A stretch of 64,000 nt of DNA from Balanoglossus misakiensis (lineage: Eukaryota; Animalia; Hemichordata), in NCBI GenBank assembly GCA_040954595.2, contig CM082576.2:18957028-19021027 (forward strand), given 5' to 3'. Positions 51,083-64,000 of the stretch are shown piece by piece. How positions within the stretch are numbered: position 1 is the first letter of the stretch; the number at the start of each line of letters is the position of its first letter. The notes below the pieces were generated by a model. It had not been told where the DNA came from, did no database searches, and worked only from the letters and a program-made list of their open reading frames with translations. Position numbers and translations under genes: made by a program.

Positions 51083-53084
51083 CTATTACGAGTTTGAAAT
51101 CTTAGGTGAAGAGTTTATCAATTTCACTGCCAACCCTGTAGGGCATTCTGGGATATGTGCTCATGCCAAAGCACAAACAGCCATGACCTGACAGCTCAGT
51201 TTGTAAATCATTTCTACAAATCCACAAAGAGACTCAAAGTTTAGAAAAGTTGTGTCTGTTAGAAATATTAGAAATATTACTGTTAATACTTAATTTCAAA
51301 GCCATGTGAATTTGTTCACTTTAATAGGGAAATTTTTAAAGGAAGGGAGGATTGGTATTGACTTGAATAATTACAATGGATGTTTTTGTTCTCTATTTTC
51401 AGATGTGAATAATGAGTGTTCAGATTCTGTTTGTGCTGGAGGGTGTCTCAATGCAGAGGGTGGATTCAGCTGTAATTGTGGTGATGATGGTTTCTCTCTG
51501 AGTGCAGATCATGTCAATTGTTTAGGTAAGTTTTTTTTGAGTGGGGAGGGGATAGACCAACAATTGCTTTGCATTTCCTGCCTCAAAAGGGCGCTTACAC
51601 AAGTTGTAAGTGGCAAAGATTACAGCGAGTCACCATGTAAAAAAAATAATAAATAAAAGTTATCAGGCACTTTCCAAAGTTACACATTTAGAAAAAAATG
51701 AGTTTGTTGTCTCATGTGTGATATTTTTGGCTAACAAAACACTAGCGTCTAATGTGGTTACTACATTGTTTGTTTATCAGTATACAGTACTGGTACATAT
51801 AAACATATGATATGACCAAGTTATATGCCAGATGATATTTATCAAGTTTCACACAATTTTGCTCTCTTGTATATTTTTTTCAAAGCCAACTGTACATGTA
51901 ATTCAGATGTATTCATTCAAACACAATGTATCATATTTGTGTTTTCAAGCTGGTTGGTCACCATGCCAACAAGCGTGTTACAACACACCAACCAGTTACC
52001 AGTGTGGTTGCAGACCAGGATTTAAGTTGCACAGAAATCAACAAACATGTGTTGGTGAGTATCTACAATTGGGAGAAAGTAAGATGTAGGTGTTTGTGCA
52101 ATGTAAGTGTCCAATACATGTACATGTATATGTGACACTGAAATTACACATTGTACAGTCAATAATTGGTAAATGTCTATTATTCATGACACAAATCAAC
52201 ATACAGTCAAACCTCTGTGACTGGCCACCTCTATTAAACAGCCACCTCTATATAGTGCCCACTTTATTCTAGTCCCTGTGTAATTTATATCTACATTAAT
52301 TGACTTTTCTACCAGGTATAATGGCCACCTGTCTATAAAGGCCAGTTTAGGAAAGTCCCTTTACTAGCCATAATGGACAGGTTTGACTGCACTTGTGTTG
52401 ATTTCTGTCTGTAATACGTGTAACACAATCATAAAATTTTTCATAAAGAGGGCACACTTCCAAAATAAGGTGTCATCTCCAAGCAGACAATGTGAAAAAG
52501 GAGGCCGGTAGGTTACAGAGTACTGCTCGAGCTCATCTACTTTGTTGTATACATGATACAAGTTGCGTGTAAAACTGACCTTACAATAAAATGTGGCTGT
52601 CGAAAGTCTGTCCCAACTATAGTGTTGATACACAAGACAAAGTTTTTACTCTTTGACCAACTGGCCTCATGTTTGCGTCTTGGAAGGGCACCCTCTTTAT
52701 GAAAAAGGCATATGATATCACTACAAGGAATAAATTAACATGATAGAACATTGCTGATTAATGTCATAGATCATGATAACATGAATGCATAGCAATGTTT
52801 TGTTACAATTTGGTACATAAAGAAATGGACTACTGTGACAGTATTGACTCTGGGCACTACGTAGATGATTCCCAGCCTCAAAATTCTGACTTGCTTCACC
52901 GTTGGAAGAAGTCAGTTTTCAGGTTAACATGTATATTTGTACAGAGTGTGGCATTAGTGAGTGGTTGCATCACATCAATGCATGACAAAAGGTCATCACT
53001 GTGTAAGACTCAGAAATAGAATTTGAATACAAATCCTATTAAACAAAATATTCTAAAATTTACATGTTATTTTAACATGTTTAC

Positions 53085-53313
53085 TCCTATAAAAGTGAGT
53101 GCACGTGTTTTCGAGGTCTCTTCAATTCAGAAGCCACTGTGTAGGCCTTAGTTGGTGCATGCAGCTCGTAGACTTAGAAATTAAGTTTGGTTCAACTCAA
53201 ACGCTTCAAGTCCAGTTGACCATCTCACACTTCTGGCACTGGTGGGATTCAAACCCACGCCATCGAAACGACTGCAGGTGCCTAAAACCCCTTGACTGTA
53301 GGACACAAATGCC
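53085..53313 (-). mobile_element. tRNA-Leu-derived sequence, probably the head of a SINE
   Basis: The minus strand of 53313-53234 reads ...GGTTTTAGGCACC...AGTCGTTTCGATGGCGTGGGTTTGAATCCCACCAGTGCCA, resembling tRNA-Leu with a B-box and a degraded D-arm. The 3' body boundary is approximate. Confidence 0.65.
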
Positions 53314-53399
53314 TGACAGTGATATAACTATGTTATAATGTTACATCGACAATACATAAGTTTGGGGATATGTTGTCTCAAATGATCAAATTGAGCCAA

Positions 53400-55289
53400 A
53401 TTATCCCCATCTTGTTATAAATCTGAGCCCAGGTGTCTTTGGTGTGAGATTCCAGTAGTCAAGAGTAGGCTTACCTTGAATAATGTAATGCTTGTAAATA
53501 ATGTATAATTTCTTCTTACCCTCCAGATATGAATGAATGTCACAGTGGTGGAAATGCGTGCCAACACTATTGTCAGAATACCCATGGTAGTTATTGCTGC
53601 GCTTGCAGACAAGGCTTCAATGTGCTGGAGGATGGCCATGCATGTGCAGGTATGTAACTGTGGATATTGATCTCTTCTGTGGCTACACTGTTTGGGGATT
53701 GCATATTGCTATGGTTACAATAAAACATGCATCCTGTCTGTCCATTGCACACATTTTAAAATTTGAAATCAACCGCACACTCGTACTGAACACATGTTTG
53801 TTGAAATTGTATCTCAGAATTTTTCCATTTATAATTATGCATAATATAATCAAATTAACAAATGTGAAAACTTATCTTTGAAAATTTGTTTGCAAGGGTG
53901 AAAAATTAATCTGTTGTTTTAAAAATCAGACAAAGTTTTGCTGACAGGGTACACGAGTTTCAGGGGATTTTGTTAAAATGAGAATGATAGAGAGTGTTAA
54001 AATTCCTAGATTCTGAGATTGCCATGGATATTGAGGACTTTGACGTAAAAACAATTAATTGATCAAGAAATATGTGGTTAAGTATATGTGTCATCAACCT
54101 CACACTATACTATAAGACTGTCTGATATATTTATGCACAAGTACAATGTATTTTCACTACTTATATGCATAACTCAATCAAATTAACATAATTTATCGAC
54201 CTATAGCTATTAAATTACCACAGCAAGGAATAAATATTCACTTAGAAAATTCATATAGTTTTCATCTCATTTTAAAGACATTATAAATGCTTCTCCGAGG
54301 GGTACAATAATTTTTAGGGTAAGCCTAATTCAAGATTCACGTTTCAAGATTCACGTTTCATGTTCCACAGCCCAAGATTCATATTCTGATTCAGATTCCA
54401 GTCTTGTCTAATATGTTTATGCTGCCGTAACCAGGGGTGTGAACGATTGTTTATTGTCCTCGATCCCCGCCCAAGCAAGGTTCCCCAAATATTCTGTTCG
54501 ATTATCGCGTGACGTCATTGTCGGGTATCTCGTCAAGTTCAGTTTCAACAACATTTTTCAAAGAGAGATGCACCCTATTTATTATTTTCTAACACATGAA
54601 TGACCCTAGGCCTGAGATCGCACCATGGCCGGCAATCTTGGTATTCACAGATACTTTTAAGCGTAATTCTGATATAATTGATAGGTTTAGGTATATTTTA
54701 CAACCGATAACTTAAGCAAAGGACTAATTCCTATATTCTGAATCAAGTGAAAGCAATGTAGATGGCGAAAGGATGTGACAAGACTCGAATCTGAATCAGA
54801 ATATGAATCTTGGGCTGTGGAACGTGAAACTTGAAACGTGAATCTTGAATTAGGCTTACCCTAATTTTTAATGGGTATATTCTTAATAACTCATCACCAT
54901 GAATGATCATTTCAAAACTTAACAAGGCATATGGCTAAAGAGGATTCAGTGTTTGTGCACCTTCTATCTGCTATGCTGGATCTATTGACAGTTTTCAAAG
55001 GGGTTTAAAGACTCGTCTTTTTATTCAGTACTTTCTATTTCATTCCATTGCTTTTTTGGTTAATAGGGACTGTCTTTCAGAACTCTTTGGTTTGTTTCGT
55101 GTTTTTAAGTGTAATTTATTATCCTTTAAGCTTTCACTTGTTTTCTAATTTTATTATTTTCTGTAGAAAATGCACTGAGATGTATGTGTATTATGTTTGT
55201 CAGGAAATAAATAATAATAAAATTAAAAATAATAAACTATCTTTGATTTCAGATGTCAATGAATGTATGGAGAGAGCAGATCTTTGTGA
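53400..55289 (+). repeat. Duplicate of ~48200-50100, including an intact EGF exon (53527-53649), a second MULE MITE (54317-54861) and a truncated EGF exon (55253-55289)
   Basis: Near-identical sequence about 5.2 kb apart. The intact exon encodes DMNECHSGGNACQHYCQNTHGSYCCACRQGFNVLEDGHACA. Confidence 0.9.
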
Positions 55290-55449
55290 GAGCAGATCTT
55301 TATCTCAAGGCGCAACAGAGGAATAAAGGTCCTTCTTTTGTTGCATTTCGAATAGATTCGTGTAATTCACTTTTGTTTGGGCTCCCTAAGTACTAGATCA
55401 GCCGTATTCAAGTTCAAAATATTGCTGCTAGTTCCAAAATCACTGTTTA

Positions 55450-55625
55450 CATCAATGCAATTTCAGTTCCATTGGTTACCTGTGTCTGATCGTATTGTTT
55501 TCAATATTTTATTTCTTATTTTTGAATTCATTCATAGACTTGGACCATCATATCTGTCTGATATGATCAAATTATATGTTCCAAATCGAAACTTGAAGTC
55601 AGCTGATCAGCTCAAACTCTGTCCT
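55450..55625 (+). mobile_element. L2/CR1-group LINE 3' fragment
   Basis: HWLPVSDRIVFNILFLI...GPSYLSDMIKLYVPNRNLKS matches the LHWLPV..RI.FK...P.YL...Y.P.R.LRS tail of L2/CR1 ORF2. Confidence 0.8.
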
Positions 55626-56415
55626 GTTCAGCCCAATGCAATGATGACAACAACAATTGCTTGCCTTCAGACACAAATATTTATTGCATATATTATCAGC
55701 GAATAAAGGGAAATGGTTTTGAAGTTACAGTTGGCATTTTGCATTTTCGAAATGTCTACTTATATCCCAGGCCACGATACGGAGAAAAAAATAAAAATAC
55801 ACCAGCTGAGCTCCTCACACGTACATAGTCATGTATGGTAAACCTGGCATTCTGTCCATATGGGACCTACATTTGTAGGCGATTGATCGATGTTGTGTCG
55901 AAATCAGGCCAGTAATTAAGTTAAAACTTGGTTAATACGTTACCTTAGGGTGTTATACATTATCCAGTAACTGTTTTACTTAAGAATTGCCTTTCAAAAG
56001 CTGTTTACCCACGGTAAACGTATCGTTTCACGATCAACGCAACACTTCTGTATTTACAAGTCTAACATGGAGCCGGAGAGGTCAACGTATACTTCCGGGT
56101 CATATCGTCGAACGACATTGATTATTTTTAAGCGGACTGTTACACAAGCATTTCGAATTAATTTCTTTTCACGGATGTTCGGACCGATATTAGACCTCTC
56201 TGTCAGGAAAGTTTGGTTAACTTCCGAGGTCGTTTTCAATGATTTTTGAAACGTTTGTGGACGTCTCTTTAGGGGTCACCAACATACCACCGAAAACACG
56301 TTAAAAACTTCTACTACTATTAAGGACAGATTTTCATAAAATTTACGTCTGCAGTGAAAAATGGGAATCACTTTCGTAATTTATCCAGCTAACATGGTTT
56401 TTTATTGCACAACAG

Positions 56416-57205
56416 AGTTGCAGACCAGGATTTAAGTTGCACAGAAATCAACATACATGTTTGGTGAGTATCTACAATTTGGAGAGAAAGTAAGATGTAT
56501 GGGTTTGTACAATGTAAGTGTCTTATACATGTATATTTGACACTGAAATCATATATTGTACAATCAGTCATTGGTAAATGTCTGCTATTCATGACACAAA
56601 TAAAAAAACAGTCAAACCTGTGTGAGTGGCCACCTCTATTAGGCAGCCACCTCTATATAGTGGCCACTTTATTCTAGTCCCTATGCAATTTACATCTACA
56701 TTAATTGACTTTTCTACAAGGTATAATTTCTACAAGGTATAATGGCCACCTATCTATAAAGGCCAGTTTAGAAAAGTCCCTTCACTAGCCACAATAGACA
56801 CTTGTGTTGATTTCTGTATGTTTTACGTGTAACACAATCAGGACATTTTTCATAAAGAGGGCAGCCTTCCAAAATAAAGTGTCATCTCAATGCAGACAAT
56901 GTGAAAAAGGCGGTCAGTAGAGTACTGCTCGAGCTCATCTAGTTTGTTGTATACATGATACATGTACAAGTTGTGTGTAAAACTGACCTTACAATAAAAT
57001 GTGGCTGTCCAAGTACATAAGTTTCAACTATAGTGTTGATACAAAAGACAATCAAGTTTTTACTTTGTGACCAACTTGCCTCGTGTTCGTGTCGTGGAAG
57101 GGTAACATGACTGCATAGCAATGTTTTATTAAATTTTTGTACATAGAGAAATGGACTACTGGGAACTATGTAAATGATGCCCTGAGCCTAAAAATTCTGA
57201 CTGTC
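56416..57205 (+). repeat. Diverged duplicate of ~52007-52890 with the 3' part of an EGF exon
   Basis: GTTGCAGACCAGGATTTAAGTTGCACAGAAATCAAC... is shared, and the downstream intron sequence is collinear. Confidence 0.8.
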
Positions 57206-58516
57206 TGCAATTATAGTTTTAGCATTTTTGTTCAATTTCAAGTACAGTCAAACCCGTCTAACACCAAAGGGACTGAAGAAATTGTTCAGATTGCAGGTGT
57301 CCAATTTAAAGAGGTTCTTTCAACATGTGGTTCTATGTCAAAAGGTTTGAACAATGTCTTTGAAATAGACATGTTTCCAGATTAGACAGGGTTCGGTTGA
57401 GACAGGTTTTACTGTATTTTGATACATGCTCTGGCTTAACCCTTTCACCAACATGGTTCAGTCTAAACCCTTTATTTTCTATGGTAAGGCTGGATCTTTA
57501 AAGAGGAAACTGTTTTTTTTCTGGGAATCTCTTTATTTCTTCTGTCACAAAAATTGCATGGGAGTTCTAATTCTAAAAGGAAAACTGATTTCATAAAAGA
57601 TCTCAAAGTCAAGTTTTGGATGTGGCTCCATTTCAAGTATTGTAGGTGACTAGTTTTCCGGAGTTCAAGTCTTTATACTTGCAGTAGAGTTGGTCACATG
57701 TACTTGGGTAATCTGAGTGTGGTCAGAAATTGAACTTACACACATTGAGTTGAGTTAAGAATATGTCTGGTGTATTACTGTAATATGACTAGATACAGCA
57801 AATGCATTAACTATAAGCGTATGTTAAAATACACAGTTTCCATGGACAAATCTGAGTGATGAAATTAAATACACATGTTCATTAAATCCCACCATGATAG
57901 AGCGCCCCCGCTGTTCAGAATGTCCATTTTGAAGTCCTACATATATGATGTCATGCCTAGCTGTCAATGTTAACTGATGTGTACTTGTACTACTAGTAAA
58001 TGGAAGTACTTTAAAGTAAAGCTCAGATGCAAGGTTTTGTAAAATAAATATAATATTAAAACGTTGCCATCATTTTAGCCATTTTGAACAGCGGTCCAAT
58101 TGACTAATGTGATCACTCTGTATGCGGCATATGGCATATTAAGCATTTAGTATTTTTCAATCAGAAGCCGTTAATCCTGTGATTAATTCTGCTTCTTGCA
58201 GCATTGATTTTAAATCACCACACATGAATAATTTTGTCCAAAGGACTGCGGTGCCCAAGTGTTTATGATAAGATAAACAAACGGTGAAATTCACTGAAGA
58301 AGTGAGCGAGCACTTGCCCATTCATTGTTCAATGAAAGGTGACCACCAAAACAAAAGTATTGAGAAAATAACCCGAAGTTGGAGTTACTGAGTTTTAAAT
58401 TGATTTCAAGTGAAAAGCTTGGATTGGCTGAAGCTCCTGTAGTCAGTTACCTGTAGGTAGATTGACACACATGACAATGTTTGACTGTTTACACTTTTCT
58501 TTGTTTGATCTTTCAG

Positions 58517-58763
58517 AGGAATATTCAAGCACTGCAGAAGAATCTAGAGATGGCACAGAAAAAAAGAACTTGAATTGAAACAACAGCAAGATCAACATGC
58601 CAGACAAAGTCCACTCATAGCACTAAGACAACAACATCAACAACAACAGCAATTACAAAGGTTACAACAACAGAGAGCCCAACAACAACAACAACAACAA
58701 GCAGTGCAAGCACAGCCATCCAATATACAATCAACAAATCAACAACTAAGTCACCTCTTACAA
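58517..58763 (+). pseudogene. PolyQ exon with LxxLL motif, probable MED25-like C-terminal region
   Basis: AG/GT bounded; encodes NIQALQKNLEMAQK/ELELKQQQ...NQQLSHLLQ with a frameshift in the A-run near 58560. Confidence 0.6.
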
Positions 58764-59071
58764 GTAAGTTGTCATAATAATGTGTACAGTGAATATTTTG
58801 AAAACCAAGACTGGTACCAGTGGCACTTCTGGGAATTGTTATGTGGGGAAAAATAAAATCAGTCTTCTCAAAAAGGAGCTTTCTTGATGGTACAAATAAC
58901 ATTGGTCTGTGCCATTCCCAAAATTATTTTAATGTATTGAAGACCTGAAAGTCACACAGAATAAATTCAATGCACTATTTGCCCAACATGACAACTTTTC
59001 CCCACACAGATTTAGACGTGGTGGGTATGGCCGATTTGCCTCAAATCGGCCATACACACCACATCTATTAA

Positions 59072-60569
59072 CACTTTCACTGCGTAGTTAATATATGCTA
59101 ATGTATTCCTGTGCGTAGTTTCCTATGGTAAATTTAACTAATAAACAATGTTTTACTTTACCCTCTCTATCTCTTGTAATATGAAAGTATATGCAATGAT
59201 ATTTCCAGCAAGTATATTTTATAAGACAACCAACATAATAAAACTGAAAAATGGTCACATGACCATTAATTGGTCATGTGACACTGGCAGCCATAATGGA
59301 TTTCTGTCGAAATATGGTAAAAACAACAGATATTGTAATATAAGTGACTGAAATACTGTATTTAATTCATTGTATCACAGCTGACAGACAAACATAGTCA
59401 AAAACAACTTCCCCCTGTATAAAAGGGAATAACAAGTGACTTTTGAGCAAGAAATTTGATCAAATTTATTAATGGACCATAAAAACAATTATCAAATCAT
59501 GCCCACCATTTACATGTATACATGTTTAAAATCTGAGAAAGAAATATAGATTATTAGTGAAAAGGTGAATGATTGAACTTGTAAATAAATAATAATAATA
59601 AAATAAATTAATTAAGTAATTTATTAAATACTCTACGTTTTAATGAATTGCAAGTTGAAGAAATCAAGGTTGGTAAATATGAATATACACACATTTAAAA
59701 AAAATTCATTAGCATAGTACTGTTTTGGCAATTCATTTCAAATGGATATAATACTCTGACAACATAGACTTCTGGCAAAGTCCCATCAAGATTTGCAAAG
59801 AAACCTACGCCTTCATTTAATTCAGTGAAGTAGGCATCTAGCGAAATCTTGACCGTAAGGGCAACTCATCAATTGCAGGGTTGTCAAAAAATTGTGCGGT
59901 GTACATATCAGTTTGCTCTGACAATGACATCAACTCAAACACATCACCAGGAAAGAACAGCTGAAAAAAGTCAACCGGTGCAAAGTCATCAGTGTCAACT
60001 AATAAACCTTAGCGACGATCGTATACAGACAACCAGTCCGGTGTGTAATTGTCATTTACGTCATACAAAACCCACCGCGTGTCACCATCAACGTTACGAC
60101 ATCCGAGAACATGACAAAAACCCTCCCTCTCTCTCTGTCTCTACTCTGTTGTCTCCGTGTCTGGCTTCTATTTCTGGTTCTATGATGTTGTTGTCCGTAA
60201 TTTGGCTTCCGCTATCGCTATGATCGCTGTCACTATCCTGAAAGACTTATTCAAGAACTTCGTCGGCATCAAACTTTGCCCATGTCGCCATTTTTAAATA
60301 CCAAGTGAATGAAAAAATATGATCGGGGCGACCTAAAATCAGCTGTTTAAGGAAACCCTTTGATGACAAAATCGACTTGATTGTTTACAATACATATGCG
60401 CATGCTCAATTAGGGTTGACCCCTGTCCTATATATAGTCATACAAAATGAGTAAATAAGCAACGAACATAAAATAGAACAGACCAAGTAACGGACGCGAT
60501 CTTGGCGCATTTATGCGCCTCCCGCATTCTGACTGCCGGCGCAGAAAATGCCCTCCCGCAGCGAAAGTG
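59072..60569 (-). mobile_element. Internally deleted piggyBac-type element
   Basis: TTAA on both sides and 13-bp TIRs CACTTTC(A/G)CTGCG. A minus-strand remnant from 60291 reads MATWAKFDADEVLE*VFQDSDSD, resembling an acidic piggyBac transposase N-terminus. Confidence 0.75.
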
Positions 60570-61719
60570 TTAATATTCATGAGTTTACTTTTCTTGTTTA
60601 CGTACACTACTATAACAATTGGAAATCTCGAGAATGTCTATTTCATCAAGTTGACAACCCCCACATGTGTAAGTCATGTACATAAACAAAAATAGTCTGG
60701 TGTGTGGAGCCTCCTCCCTTTTTGAAATACTTTTTTTATGCAATCAGTCCAAACTCATGATCAGTCCAACCTGTTCAGTTTTAGTGTGGGGAAAAGCTGG
60801 AATGAAAGCAGACCTAAATTACAGACAACGAAATACAACAAATCTTGTCTCATTCTTATTTTCAATTCCTCTAGTTTTTCCATGGTACCAGTGTGGAAGC
60901 ACTGATGATAAACTGTGGCAGACAGTTTTAAATGACGACAATCATCTTACTCTTATGTACATATGCGTTAATTTTGTGTGTACAAAATAACGTCCAATCC
61001 AAATATCTGCAAATTTTATGTGCGTGCATTCATATAGTGGACTGCCTTCGCTTCCTTCTATATTTCTTGCACGCCATATAAGAAGAATTTAGTTTTGACT
61101 CTTCTTTTCACTCAATTTGCTGTCTTTTCCTAATCTATGACACAGACTATGGTTGCCGCCACCTTGTCTGTTGTTAAGACAGCACTTGTGGCATAGATAA
61201 AAAAATTATAACTAGAGTCTCTGCTTTGGCAAGTGTGCGTTAGACGATCAATACCCTTTAACAAAACTCTGCTTAGAATTCAAATCATATTCTTTTCAAA
61301 ATGTCAGCATCTGATTACATAGTGAATTAAAGCTGCAAGCAGTGTTCACTAGGCCCAAGCAATTCCCAGGGTTCCTACAGAATGCCAAGGATTATCTGCT
61401 GTGGATACCCACAATTTTGTCAAAAAGTTTTGATCCTAAACTGATCTATGTCCTACAAAATCGAAACTTCTAGATCTATTGGTTAGCCTAGAATTAGGAG
61501 TGTACATAATTAATTAGGTCAACAGGGGTCCTGAAACTAACCATCAAATTTTAGACACAGCTTAAATCAATTTCCCATTGTACAGTTACTATATGCCGCC
61601 CTAAATTTCAGTCTGATTGACAAATGTGAAGAAAATTAAAAAGAGATGTCGTCTGATACATTGCCATTTTCTGTGAAGTGACTTTAAAAGAAAACTGTTT
61701 TGTTTGTATTCAACTGCAG

Positions 61720-61989
61720 CAGCAACAACAAGCCAGCAGAACACAAGCAACCATTCCACCACCAAAACAACAAACAGCAGCAACAAAACAAACATGGCAA
61801 CAACAACAACAACAGCAGCAGTTATCACAACAACAACAACAACAACAACAGCTGTAACTAGGACAACAGCCAAGGCCGCGACCAAAGGTACCTCAGATGG
61901 GCTTGGCACCCAGCTTGCAACAAACACAGCAACAATCAAGTACTCTGCTGGCTGATGACCGGAGATTTTTTGATATTCTGAATCAATAA
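61720..61989 (+). pseudogene. PolyQ terminal exon, probable MED25-like C-terminus, with internal TAA
   Basis: An acceptor is followed by CAA/CAG runs ending ...STLLADDRRFFDILNQ*, reminiscent of the acidic-hydrophobic MED25 tail. Confidence 0.5.
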
Positions 61990-62748
61990 ATTTATACAGG
62001 AAACTGACTATAATGAACAGGAGACTGTTCATGCCTTTATTACCATTGTAACTTCTATATACTAAATGAAACACAGATGCCCAAAGAAATGTCAAAAATT
62101 TCTCAAGGTATGCGGGAATTTTCAAATATTCCAGACAGTCGAGTGTTGGGGATTTGGAATATTTATCACTCTCATTTACTGTATACAGACATATCCATTC
62201 CAAAGCTATCACCTCCACTCATTCTTCAGTGTTCCTTGATTTAAAAAAAAATAATTTCGAAACAGATCAAATAACACGAAATTGTTATTCCAGTGTAGTA
62301 ACAGAATATACTCGGTCTGTACTAATTCTTGCATTAGCTTTACATTGTTTCCATCACAATGCCCTATTTCAATATAACCATATTTGTATGCCGGGCGGAT
62401 GTAACTAGTTGTCAGTGTCTATTGTAATACAAAGTCTGCCATACACAAAGCAACTGTGCATTGTCTTCTGGTGTGAAAAAAAGATACTTAGGATGTATGT
62501 AAAATGGGAAATTTTCATGAGAGATAAATTCGCCCGAATCATGCAAGTGCTAAAAAAACACGAAAACTAAAAAGTCGCGTAAACATGTTTTTCAGAAATA
62601 ATGATGAATTGAAATTCGAGAATGCGATAATTAATCGTTGCATAACAGTTGCCACATTTGATATTATGAAAATTTCCCGTTGAGAAAATTTCATGTTTTA
62701 CAGTATATAGCCATATTTTTTCCACTTCCAAAACTAACATCAAGAGTC

Positions 62749-63037
62749 ATGCATGCCACTGGCCCAATAAAGCCTGATAGCTCTTGCTGGGAATTGTGAT
62801 GTAACTAGCATCCCCCTTAAAGTCACTGACATTAACTGAACAATGGCGATTGTGTGTAAGGTTATAGTAAAGGCAAGGCTAATTTAAATTTAAAATGGTA
62901 CCAATCCTTAATCACACATATGTATCCTTTGACCAATCATTGGAAAAACAAAGTCCGTGATTGACTTCAAAGGGATGCTAATTACATCACGATTCCCTGC
63001 AAGGGATATTATGCTTTATTTGGCCAGTGGCATGCAT
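62749..63037. mobile_element. MITE with ~80-bp imperfect TIRs
   Basis: ATGCATGCCACTGGCCCAATAAAGC... pairs with ...GCTTTATTTGGCCAGTGGCATGCAT. Confidence 0.65.
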
Positions 63038-63361
63038 AGTTTTTTGAAAGCAAAGCAGATAAAATACAGCTATATACTAGACTAATACCTTATTAACTCC
63101 TGATCATTGGAGAATGTATCTCTAAAGTTACTCTCTATCGCTCCCTCAGGGAAGAGAGCAGTAGACAGCTCTTTGAGTGTCAGAACTTCCAGTTGTATAC
63201 CAATCATTTGTATTACCCAATCACAGACTTTGTGTTATTGGTCATTTATCTATCCAATTGAAACTCATGTGTTCATTGGAGCATTACACCAAAGAAGTCA
63301 CACTATAACAGTGACAATACAACACTTGCAAAAACATGGATTGCTCAGGTCAGCCTATCTG

Positions 63362-64000
63362 GTGTGGAAGCACTGATGATAAACTGTGGCAGACAGTTTT
63401 AAATGACGACAATCATCTTACTCTTATGTACATATGCGTTAATTTTGTGTGTACAAAATAACGTCCAATCCAAATATCTGCAAATTTTATGTGCGTGCAT
63501 TCATATAGTGGACTGCCTTCGCTTCCTTCTATATTTCTTGCACGCCATATAAGAAGAATTTAGTTTTGACTCTTCTTTTCACTCAATTTGCTGTCTTTTC
63601 CTAATCTATGACACAGACTATGGTTGCCGCCACCTTGTCTGTTGTTAAGACAGCACTTGTGGCATAGATAAAAAAATTATAACTAGAGTCTCTGCTTTGG
63701 CAAGTGTGCGTTAGACGATCAATACCCTTTAACAAAACTCTGCTTAGAATTCAAATCATATTCTTTTCAAAATGTCAGCATCTGATTACATAGTGAATTA
63801 AAGCTGCAAGCAGTGTTCACTAGGCCCAAGCAATTCCCAGGGTTCCTACAGAATGCCAAGGATTATCTGCTGTGGATACCCACAATTTTGTCAAAAAGTT
63901 TTGATCCTAAACTGATCTATGTCCTACAAAATCGAAACTTCTAGATCTATTGGTTAGCCTAGAATTAGGAGTGTACATAATTAATTAGGTCAACAGGGGT
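63362..64000 (+). repeat. Essentially identical direct duplicate of 60891-61529 (period 2471 bp), continuing beyond the window
   Basis: Both copies start GTGTGGAAGCACTGATGATAAAC and run to GGTCAACAGGGGT; no differences noticed by eye. Confidence 0.93.

Larger units (their letters stand above)
48327..52054 (+). pseudogene. Calcium-binding EGF-like exons (48327-48445, 50064-50180, 51403-51525, 51950-52054), decayed
   Basis: Phase-1 exons with the D-x-N-E-C and CxNxxGS(Y/F)xCxC pattern, e.g. DVNECMERADLCEGQCVNTAGSFYCTCVVGY. The first exon has a 4-bp deletion and the second an in-frame TGA. Confidence 0.82.

Noticed and set aside
53234-53313. Functional tRNA-Leu gene
   Set aside because: The D-arm and anticodon stem are degraded; better explained as a SINE head or pseudogene.
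61601-62218. 205-aa minus-strand hydrophobic ORF and the poly-T plus-strand ORF
   Set aside because: Antisense and off-frame readings of the CAA/CAG polyQ exon.

Overview
AT-rich, intron-rich eukaryotic DNA from an animal, probably an invertebrate; species not determined. It reads like a satellite/heterochromatin boundary. Bases 1-16035 are a 78-bp satellite with short variant units and kb-scale higher-order blocks. The rest is a duplication mosaic: a decayed, partly tandem-duplicated MED25-like gene (VWA exons, S/T/Q/P-rich exons, polyQ terminal exons), a block of duplicated calcium-binding EGF exons, and many DNA-transposon derivatives (piggyBac, MULE, Academ-type, Tc1/pogo-type, Helentron-like), plus LINE, SINE and Gypsy fragments. 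The main feature is a full-length 10.9-kb EnSpm/CACTA-type transposon (26836-37740) with TIRs, a 2-bp TSD and an empty site in the duplicated copy. It carries a 3-exon transposase and a divergent 7-exon gene for a BEN-domain protein. A mirror-symmetric putative bidirectional promoter lies between them, and both ends have subterminal repeat arrays sharing CTATTGA/TCAATAG motifs. All family assignments come from motif recognition by eye; no database searches were run.
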